DNA of 64,000 nucleotides, taken from a virus. Under the pieces are notes generated by a model, which ran no database searches, was not told the DNA's origin, and was given only the letters and a program-made list of their open reading frames with translations. A program made the position numbers and the translations under genes. The stretch's first letter is position 1. The number at the start of each line of letters is the position of its first letter. This document shows positions 57,319 through 64,000 of this stretch, piece by piece. The stretch spans positions 9,250 through 73,249 of the IMG/VR virus record IMGVR_UViG_3300010297_000002; one strand, given 5' to 3'.

Positions 57319-58387
57319 AATCGAAAATCTGTTTGTTTCTGATGAGACCATCGAGACTATAACTCCAGTAAATATTAAGATTAAGAAGAATTTGAAGATC
57401 TTGACGATCATCGACCCCCACGCAGCAGACCATTCTCCAGGTGCTCGGATAGACAGCTATCGTGATGCTTTCTTTGATAAGCTGGATCAGGTGGGGGAGT
57501 TGGCTGCGAAGCATAAGGTAGATTGTGTGGTAGTCACTGGAGATATTTTCTCTGAGAAGAAAGAACAGAAGAACTCCCATTATTTAACTTCGATGATTAG
57601 TTTTAAGTTCTTGAGTTACCCTTGTCCGGTATTCGGTATATTGGGGAACCACGATCTTAATTCAAACCGTTTCGAATCCTGGAAGACTCAACCAGCTAGT
57701 GTTCTTATCCGTTCCCAGGCCCTCCAACTCCTAGACTTTAACCACGTAACTTTTGAGATGAAGTCTGGGAAGAAAGTTAGACTTCGAGGAGGGTCCTATA
57801 ATCATGAGAAGAACTTCGAGTACGTTCAAGAATCTCGAGGTGATGAGGATAAGTTGATCCAGGTAACACATTTCGCGGTCTGTCCGGACGGTGGGACTTA
57901 TGATCGTTACAATGAGAAGATGTACTCTTACAAGGAACTAGCGACAACTCCTCCGGATGTTTTCATTCTCGGACATATTCATAATTACTACGGGATATCT
58001 GAGATAAAAGGAACCCACTTCTTACAGCATGGTTCTTTAATGAGATCCACGACTCATTGCTATAATCTTGAGCGAGGTATTAACGTGGGGCTCATTGAGA
58101 TAGACCCTGATATGAACATAACTTGTTCAGAGATCCCATTGAATATCAAACCTTCGGCTGAGATTTTCGATCTTGAGAAGAAAAAAAGAATCGAAGAAGA
58201 GACGAAGCGTCTCGAAGATTATCTTCAAAGACTGTCTGGAGATGTCGAGGAGCTTAAGATCAACGAGGAGATTGATGAGGAGAACCTGACGGTCGAAGCC
58301 TTGATCTTTAAGTTAGACCTCATGGACGTAGATCCAGATGAATTGAATAAGAAGTACCAACATTACATGAATCAGGTTTCGAGTTAA
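57311..58387 (+). CDS. sbcD: SbcD/Mre11-like metallophosphoesterase nuclease
   Basis: 'DPH', 'TGDIF', 'GNHD', 'TH', 'LGHIH', 'HGSL.R'. Confidence 0.9.
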   Translation: MAKIENLFVSDETIETITPVNIKIKKNLKILTIIDPHAADHSPGARIDSYRDAFFDKLDQVGELAAKHKVDCVVVTGDIFSEKKEQKNSHYLTSMISFKFLSYPCPVFGILGNHDLNSNRFESWKTQPASVLIRSQALQLLDFNHVTFEMKSGKKVRLRGGSYNHEKNFEYVQESRGDEDKLIQVTHFAVCPDGGTYDRYNEKMYSYKELATTPPDVFILGHIHNYYGISEIKGTHFLQHGSLMRSTTHCYNLERGINVGLIEIDPDMNITCSEIPLNIKPSAEIFDLEKKKRIEEETKRLEDYLQRLSGDVEELKINEEIDEENLTVEALIFKLDLMDVDPDELNKKYQHYMNQVSS

Positions 58388-59226
58388 TGCCTAAAAAAGT
58401 TCAAATAGAAGCCGAGCATCTAAACACTCTTTTAAGGTGCCCTCGAAGGTATAATCAGAAGTTTATTCTGAATAACCAGAGCCGTGCAGTATTTTGGAGT
58501 CTGAGAAACTTTGCAACTCTCGATGCTTTCTTTGATGCGGTAGATGTGGCTTCAGGTTCAGTAAAGTTGCTCTTGCAGGCTCCACGTCAGGAGTTCATCG
58601 ATCAGTGCCGAAGTAACCTTACTTTTGTTCAGCTTGAGCACACCGCTTCTATCCCGGTAGGATACATTGATAAGTTTGTTCAAGACTTCGGCAATTACTG
58701 GGACAGCCTCTGCGTTGCTCTGAAGCCTTTCGAAGAGTTCTCAATAGTCACCGGCCAGGAGCTTAGATTGAGTCTTCCTGATTTAAGTGAGTTTGGAATT
58801 CATAATCAGTACACGATGGTGGCTAAACCGGATTTTGCACTGGTTAATGAGGAAATGAATATCCTGTGTACGATGGAGTTTACTAAGAAGCCCTTTAAGG
58901 AGGAGAAGAAGCGGTTCTTGAAGTTCCTGCTCTATGCGTACTTCCTCACTACTCAAGAAGCACCCGATTTTGTGGGAATGCTCTATATGGCTACAGGGAA
59001 GTTTAAGTTTCTGGAAAAGCATCTTTATAAACCAGAATACATCGTTTTAATGAAAAGAGAGTTACTGGAGTTCATGTCCGCTTACGATGCGGGCGAGTTT
59101 CCAGCTAAAGTAGGAAAATATTGCTCGGAGTGCTCATACACTCTGGGGTGTAAGGAATACGGTAAGACACAGTCATTGAAGAATCTTTGCTTTGATGATG
59201 AGATTGATTGGGGAACAAAAGCATGA
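58387..59226 (+). CDS. PD-(D/E)XK nuclease-like protein, Cas4/AddB type with a four-Cys cluster
   Basis: N-terminal 'CPRRY', 'KPDF', 'LLYAY', C-terminal 'CSECSY...C'. The catalytic E-x-K looks degenerate (EFTK). Confidence 0.7.
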   Translation: MPKKVQIEAEHLNTLLRCPRRYNQKFILNNQSRAVFWSLRNFATLDAFFDAVDVASGSVKLLLQAPRQEFIDQCRSNLTFVQLEHTASIPVGYIDKFVQDFGNYWDSLCVALKPFEEFSIVTGQELRLSLPDLSEFGIHNQYTMVAKPDFALVNEEMNILCTMEFTKKPFKEEKKRFLKFLLYAYFLTTQEAPDFVGMLYMATGKFKFLEKHLYKPEYIVLMKRELLEFMSAYDAGEFPAKVGKYCSECSYTLGCKEYGKTQSLKNLCFDDEIDWGTKA

Positions 59227-59543
59227 GTGAAGTTTTGAATGATATTTCAGAAAAGTTAGACATGATGGTGGAGAAATTTAAGGATCTGCAGGAGCAAGCT
59301 TCTGAGCAGAAGTCTTCCTTCATGTTCTTCAAAAAGAAAAACGAAGAGGCCAAGAAAGAGTTGGCTCAGATAGAAGCATCTCTCAAGGAAGTCGGGATTG
59401 ATCCAGAAGGCGACGGAGAGGTTCAGGTTCAGAATGAGTTTAAAGCTCTAGCCAATGAGTATATGGCCGAGGTAAATACTGTGAAGGCTAACCAGGAAAT
59501 TATCGACAAGGTGGAAGCGGCCTTGGAGGGTACTGAACAATAA
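59208..59543 (+). CDS. Short coiled-coil protein (possible middle piece of the split SbcC); likely start ATG 59223
   Basis: Two heptad helices separated by 'GIDPEGDG'. Confidence 0.55.
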   Translation: MGNKSMSEVLNDISEKLDMMVEKFKDLQEQASEQKSSFMFFKKKNEEAKKELAQIEASLKEVGIDPEGDGEVQVQNEFKALANEYMAEVNTVKANQEIIDKVEAALEGTEQ

Positions 59544-60661
59544 TGAGAATCATCCGATCTGAATTAGTCGACCTTCTTAAAGCAGCCTCTTACGGTATGG
59601 GTCAGAGTGCTAAAGATAAGATCATTGAGAAGCTTTTCTTAGCCAAATTTGGTTCTCAGCTTATTGTAAGAAGCACAACTCGTCATGTATTCACTCATGT
59701 TTTTTCCGAATCTGATGAATTCAAGATTTCTCCCGACTTCGGAGTCCTGATTGCGGGTAAGAGCTTCATAGGGTTCCTCAATGAGGTTAAAGAGGACGAG
59801 ATTGAGCTGACATACGAGAATTCGGCTATAAGGATTCAGACGGACAAAGGATACGATGTTAAGTTCCCAGGGGAGCCCTACCAAAACGTAGGGTATCCGA
59901 AGGCACCAGACAAGCCAGACAAATTAGCCGCCACTTTCCAGATTGAGGAGATTCTTGCCGGACTAAACTTTGTGAAGGACTACACGAAGGACATTTCGAA
60001 TGCTTCGATGGAAACGGTTTTAGAGCTAAGAAACTCTTGCTTGGTGGGAGGGACAGCATCCGCAGTAGCTCTCTGGAGATGTAAGGATCTCGAAGGTAGG
60101 TTTATTCTTAAGTCCCACATCTCAAAATTGTTGATTCCCTTCTTGAGGAACATCAAAGAAGATTCTATGGAGATTTATGAGAACGACAAAGTCACTTACT
60201 TTTGTTTTCCGAATGGTTGGTGGTTCGCTAGTCTGGCTGTTAGCCCCAGTGTAAAACGCTGGCCTCCTATTGAGGATGTGGAAGACGATGGGTCTTACCA
60301 AGGTAAAGTTTGCTTTTCACGTACAGAGATATCCAGAGAGATTCAGACCCTGCAGCACACTATTGATGATAAGGTTACCAGGGTCCAATTCGACTTCAAG
60401 AAAGAACCAGATCCCCATTGTGAGCTTTCCTTTACGAACAGCCTGGGTCAGGTTTCTAAATCGAAAATACCTTGTATAGATTTGGTTTGGAAGGACGCTC
60501 CCCAGACTTTTCGTATCAGTTACAAGAAATTCCAAGAGGTAATGAAATCATTCGTTTCCGAAGAAGTTAAGATGGAAATGTACTTCCACGACAACACTAT
60601 TCGTATACTGGATGAGGTGCAGGCCATAACCTACGAAGCTATTTTAAGTCTGAGGAGTTAG
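59543..60661 (+). CDS. dnaN: DNA polymerase III beta sliding clamp-like protein
   Basis: 372 aa; 'I.RSEL..LL', 'LI.GK.F..FL......EIEL', 'WP.IE', 'F.R.E', 'FRISYK.F.EV......EV' follow the three-domain DnaN pattern. Confidence 0.75.
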   Translation: MRIIRSELVDLLKAASYGMGQSAKDKIIEKLFLAKFGSQLIVRSTTRHVFTHVFSESDEFKISPDFGVLIAGKSFIGFLNEVKEDEIELTYENSAIRIQTDKGYDVKFPGEPYQNVGYPKAPDKPDKLAATFQIEEILAGLNFVKDYTKDISNASMETVLELRNSCLVGGTASAVALWRCKDLEGRFILKSHISKLLIPFLRNIKEDSMEIYENDKVTYFCFPNGWWFASLAVSPSVKRWPPIEDVEDDGSYQGKVCFSRTEISREIQTLQHTIDDKVTRVQFDFKKEPDPHCELSFTNSLGQVSKSKIPCIDLVWKDAPQTFRISYKKFQEVMKSFVSEEVKMEMYFHDNTIRILDEVQAITYEAILSLRS

Positions 60662-60662
60662 G

Positions 60663-61316
60663 ATGATTTCCGAACAAAAACAAGAACTTCGCAATCTTCT
60701 GAAAACGTTCGAGAGTAGAGCTACTTTCGCTCAAGGAGTGGTATCCAACTTTTTGAAGTCTAAGCAGGACCTCGAGGAGAAGGTTGAAGAGAGTAAGAAA
60801 GAACAAGATCTTCTCAATGCCTTGGCCATGGTCATGGACAAATTCATCGACATTAGTAATGAAGAAACGCTGATGGAGATTAAGGACATGATCAATGATG
60901 GCCTTAAACTCGCATTTCCCAGAACAGAGTTCACCATCGATCTTAATTATAAAGTGGCTCGAGGTAATCAGACTATTGAATTCAAGGTCTACAAGAAGGG
61001 TAAGCTAGAGGATCTTAAAGACGCTCAGTCTGGAGGGGTCCTAGACCTTATTTCATTTCTTCTTCGAGTCTTGATTATTCATAAGATGGATTACCAAAAG
61101 GTAATCTTTTTGGATGAGGCTCTTAATGGGATATCAGATCGCGGAGGATACTCCAAGAAAGCATCTTCTTTGATTAGGATGATCTGTGAGAAGAAGGGCT
61201 TCACAGTATTTTTAGTAACTCACAAGGATTGCTTGTCTGACAACGCTCATGAAGTGTTTTTTGGTGAGAAGGTTGAGGACGAGGTAGACTACCTGGAGAT
61301 CACTCGTCAGGAATAG
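60663..61316 (+). CDS. sbcC: SbcC/Rad50-like protein, C-terminal half
   Basis: Short coiled coil, then signature 'AQSGG', Walker B 'IFLDEA', H-loop 'LVTH'; no Walker A. Confidence 0.8.
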   Translation: MISEQKQELRNLLKTFESRATFAQGVVSNFLKSKQDLEEKVEESKKEQDLLNALAMVMDKFIDISNEETLMEIKDMINDGLKLAFPRTEFTIDLNYKVARGNQTIEFKVYKKGKLEDLKDAQSGGVLDLISFLLRVLIIHKMDYQKVIFLDEALNGISDRGGYSKKASSLIRMICEKKGFTVFLVTHKDCLSDNAHEVFFGEKVEDEVDYLEITRQE

Positions 61317-61374
61317 TTCTTTTATATTTTTGCCTAATTCGAATGAACTTTTACTCGAATAGGTAGGAATACTC

Positions 61375-61947
61375 ATGGCATTGACCGCTACCCAGGCAAT
61401 TGCTTTTTTCAAATTGCTAAACGACACCAAGTCTATTAGAAACGCCATCGGCGTTAGGGCCTCGGGAGTCGTCGAAGAGATCTACGCGAAGCAGATTCTG
61501 TTTGATGACGACGCAGCCCCAACCGCTGGACTGGTTTTAGTAGAAACATCAGCCACTGTTGAAATTGCTTATCGAACTCCCATGTGGCTCGACCTCAGTA
61601 AAGCTGCGGACCCAGATTTCCCTTTTGTGGAGTTATATCTAAGTAAGGATCAGTTGATCTTCGGAGAACCCCATCCTTATATTAATCCTAACCAAAGTCT
61701 TGTATTTGAAACCGGCTCCACAGCGACGCTGACTCTAGAAGGTAGGTTTTTAACCTCAGGGGTCACCGTTGAGTCACTTCCGGCAGAGGTAACCTTAGAC
61801 AATGTCACTCAGGTCTCTTTGGAAGAGCTTGAGCTTGAATTCTCGAACACTTTTGCTTCGGGACGAAATATTGTGGGTAATTTAAGGCTTGTGACTCCCG
61901 CCGGTGAATCTACGAATACCTTCACGTTAGATATTCGCGAACCTTAA
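61375..61947 (+). CDS. Putative virion protein with Ig/IPT-like C-terminal domain
   Basis: 'PYI....TLTLEG.FL.....V....LVTPAGES..FT'. Confidence 0.5.
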   Translation: MALTATQAIAFFKLLNDTKSIRNAIGVRASGVVEEIYAKQILFDDDAAPTAGLVLVETSATVEIAYRTPMWLDLSKAADPDFPFVELYLSKDQLIFGEPHPYINPNQSLVFETGSTATLTLEGRFLTSGVTVESLPAEVTLDNVTQVSLEELELEFSNTFASGRNIVGNLRLVTPAGESTNTFTLDIREP

Positions 61948-61948
61948 T

Positions 61949-62581
61949 ATGGTTTACCGAGAGTTTTCTGAAGAATTTATCAGGTCTCTCCAAGAGCAGA
62001 AGGAACTTCTAGTAGATTATAGCTTTCGAGTAGCTATCTACGAACAGACTTACGCAGAAGATCCTTTTGTAACCAAGTCCAGATTTTCGTTCATTCCCAC
62101 CGAGGGTCGAAAATCCGCCGCGATTCAGGCCCCGAAGATACTGGACGTTGAGTTTCTTGGAGGAGATCTGGTCCTTAAATCAGACCGTAATGGGACGATG
62201 AATCTGATCGATCTTAAAACTTCTGAGATTGAGCTCACTTACCAGTCTTCGGTCAGTTACAAGATGGATTCCGAGTACGTTTCAGGGAAAATGGATGTAG
62301 TTCCCACAATGGGAACCCGGAGTAAGATCATTCTTAAGGGCGGATTTGCGGTTTCAGACCAGCCTTTTGAATACTTTAGGATGAAGCGTCTCTACGGCAA
62401 GCTTCTGGTATATCAGAGATACCATCTTGTCCGTAACGAGATCCCAGCCTTTTTAATGGAAAAGGCATACCTTGAGCTAGAGATTCCACAACTTGTTTTA
62501 CCTTTCTGTGGGCAAGAGTTCAAGGACGATAAGAACTTCATCATCAAAGGAATTGATTTAACTTCGGCGGTGTTGGAATGA
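61949..62581 (+). CDS. Hypothetical protein
   Basis: 210-aa ORF starting 1 nt after the previous stop. Confidence 0.6.
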   Translation: MVYREFSEEFIRSLQEQKELLVDYSFRVAIYEQTYAEDPFVTKSRFSFIPTEGRKSAAIQAPKILDVEFLGGDLVLKSDRNGTMNLIDLKTSEIELTYQSSVSYKMDSEYVSGKMDVVPTMGTRSKIILKGGFAVSDQPFEYFRMKRLYGKLLVYQRYHLVRNEIPAFLMEKAYLELEIPQLVLPFCGQEFKDDKNFIIKGIDLTSAVLE

Positions 62582-62733
62582 AGCGATTTCTAGGGATCAT
62601 CAAACTGTTGTTAGCCCTGTTCAAGAAGTCCGATCCTGCAATCATTCCGGATAAAGACGAAGAGATGCCCGAAGAGCCTCATGATCCCCCTGCTGAGGTT
62701 ACTTCTTTCCCCCCGTTAGAAGAAGAGGAGTAA
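62578..62733 (+). CDS. Small protein MKRFLGIIKLLLALFKK...EEEE (51 aa, absent from the ORF track)
   Basis: ATGA overlap with the previous stop; amphipathic N-terminal helix and an acidic Pro-rich tail. Confidence 0.5.
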   Translation: MKRFLGIIKLLLALFKKSDPAIIPDKDEEMPEEPHDPPAEVTSFPPLEEEE

Positions 62734-62771
62734 TACTTAGTTAATATTATTATACTCATAAGTACGTAAAG

Positions 62772-63374
62772 GTGTTTAAAATGTATACAATAGGGGAAAT
62801 GTCTAAAATAGTTAAAAGAAGTGTTAAGACTCTTCAGAGATGGGATAGAGAAGGAGTCTTGAAAGCTAAAAGGACTCTAACTAATCAAAGGTATTACACT
62901 CAAGAACAGTTGGACACATTTTTTGAGATTCCTAAAAAGGAAAGAAAGACAGTTGTTTATTGTAGAGTTAGTTCCCAAAATCAAAAACCGGATTTAAAGA
63001 ATCAGGTTTCTATTTTGGAAGACTTTTGCTTATCCAAAGGTATCACAAATTTTGAACTGGTTAAAGAAGTGGGAGGAGGTCTCAACTTTAAAAGAAAAAA
63101 GTTTCTAAAAATTCTTGATGAAATTGAAAAAGGAGAGATTTCTCAATTAATTTTAGCACATAAAGATCGCCTGACTAGATTCGGATTTGAACTAATAGAA
63201 CAAAGGTGTTTGAAAAACAATTGTACTATCATTATCTTAAATCAAGAAAAACTATCTCCAGAACAAGAGATGGTGCAAGATTTGATGACTATCATACATT
63301 GTTTCTCTTCTAGGCTTTATGGCTTGAGAAACTACAAAAAAGATTTAAAGAAAGCATTAAAAAAGAATGACTAA
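62772..63374 (+). CDS. tnpA: IS607 transposase (MerR-like HTH plus serine recombinase); likely start ATG 62781
   Basis: 'TLQRWDREG....RT..NQRYY', 'YCRVSS..QK.DL.NQ', 'DRLTRFGFE', 'EMVQDLMTII..FS.RLYG.R'. Confidence 0.93.
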   Translation: MFKMYTIGEMSKIVKRSVKTLQRWDREGVLKAKRTLTNQRYYTQEQLDTFFEIPKKERKTVVYCRVSSQNQKPDLKNQVSILEDFCLSKGITNFELVKEVGGGLNFKRKKFLKILDEIEKGEISQLILAHKDRLTRFGFELIEQRCLKNNCTIIILNQEKLSPEQEMVQDLMTIIHCFSSRLYGLRNYKKDLKKALKKND

Positions 63375-64000
63375 CCTAGCTCACAAAATAGCAATCAAAA
63401 CCAGCAAAAGGCAATCTGCTCAGCTTGAGCAATTCGCCAATCACGCTAGATTTGCTTTCAATTGGGGCTTAGAAAGATGGAACACTCTTTACCAAGCTGG
63501 TTGTAAACCCTCAGTAAATCAAATTGATAAAGATTTCAATAAGTGCAAGAAAGTTCTATTTCCTTGGATTTACTCTTCTCCTAAAGATGCAATGCAAACT
63601 GCGATTAAAGCGGATTTAAAATCCGCTTTTAACCGATTCTTCAAGGAGAAGAAAGGTTATCCTAAGTTCAAGTCCAAGCATAAATCTAAACTAAGTTTTA
63701 CCATTACTAATGATAAATTTAAGATTTATGACAGAACTATTAAAGTTCCTAAACTGGGAGAGTTGAAGCTTCGGGAGAAGCTTCGGGAGAAGCTTCGCTA
63801 CTCCGGTAAGATTATGTCTGCTACTTTCTCTAAGGATGGAGAAAGGTGGTTTGTTTCAATTCAAGTTGATCTGGGAGCCGAGTATCGGCTCCCGAGGGCT
63901 CCTCAGAAAACCATAGGAGTGGATCTAGGAATTTCCGCAGCTTTAGTGACTAATGAAAAAAACTTTTGGGAGGCCCCTCGGCCTCTCAGAAAATCTTTGA
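63367..64000 (+). CDS. tnpB: TnpB RNA-guided nuclease (3' truncated by the window; absent from the ORF track)
   Basis: ATG 63367 opens a frame that stays open to the window end: 'AHKI', 'ARFAFNWGL', 'AFNRFF....GYPKFKSK', 'IKVPKLG', 'WFVSI', RuvC-I 'IGVDLG'. Confidence 0.92.
   Translation, partial: MTNLAHKIAIKTSKRQSAQLEQFANHARFAFNWGLERWNTLYQAGCKPSVNQIDKDFNKCKKVLFPWIYSSPKDAMQTAIKADLKSAFNRFFKEKKGYPKFKSKHKSKLSFTITNDKFKIYDRTIKVPKLGELKLREKLREKLRYSGKIMSATFSKDGERWFVSIQVDLGAEYRLPRAPQKTIGVDLGISAALVTNEKNFWEAPRPLRKSL
63765..63797 (+). repeat. In-frame 12-bp tandem duplication within tnpB
   Basis: GAAGCTTCGGGA twice plus GAAGCTTCG, encoding KLREKLREKLR. Confidence 0.8.

Larger units (their letters stand above)
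62734..64000 (+). mobile_element. IS607-family insertion sequence (left end approximate, right end outside the window)
   Basis: Serine-recombinase tnpA overlapping tnpB; abrupt shift to AT-rich sequence after ~62730. Confidence 0.85.

Noticed and set aside
58387-59226. CRISPR-Cas locus suggested by the Cas4-like gene
   Set aside because: No repeat-spacer array or other cas genes were seen; solo Cas4/AddB-like nucleases are common in phage recombination modules.
2476-61448. Numerous 60-200 aa ORFs overlapping long genes in other frames or strands
   Set aside because: No RBS, motif or independent context; treated as shadow ORFs.
1-64000. Stop-codon reassignment
   Set aside because: Genes are full length and tightly packed under the standard code, and TAA, TAG and TGA all end genes.

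Overview
A 64-kb segment of a large (probably jumbo) tailed dsDNA bacteriophage genome, densely coded, almost all on the + strand, using the standard genetic code. In order: a baseplate and tail-fibre module (1-13.8 kb); a replication module with a SNF2-type helicase, a putative loader, a DnaB-like helicase, a stand-alone primase Zn finger and a family A DNA polymerase with extra domains; a 3,239-aa charged coiled-coil protein; a MoxR AAA+/VWA pair; a five-tRNA cluster; a long coiled-coil virion protein and putative lysis genes; delta'/delta clamp-loader-like genes; a RecD2-SSB-RecA-split SbcC-SbcD-nuclease-beta clamp recombination block; and an IS607 element (tnpA plus tnpB) cut by the window end. 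The standout observation is at 38.1-38.7 kb. A near-consensus sigma70 promoter drives an apparently leaderless 26-codon peptide (MTYKFLVNSDSSSSSDSDPRGGFPVR). Its Ser/Asp codon run requires exactly the five tRNAs encoded downstream (Asp-GTC and all four Ser isoacceptors). Mutually exclusive antiterminator and terminator hairpins lie between the peptide and the tRNAs. This looks like a ribosome-stalling attenuator that expresses phage tRNAs only when the matching host tRNAs are depleted. All calls come from reading motifs and base-pairing by eye; no database searches or folding programs were run.
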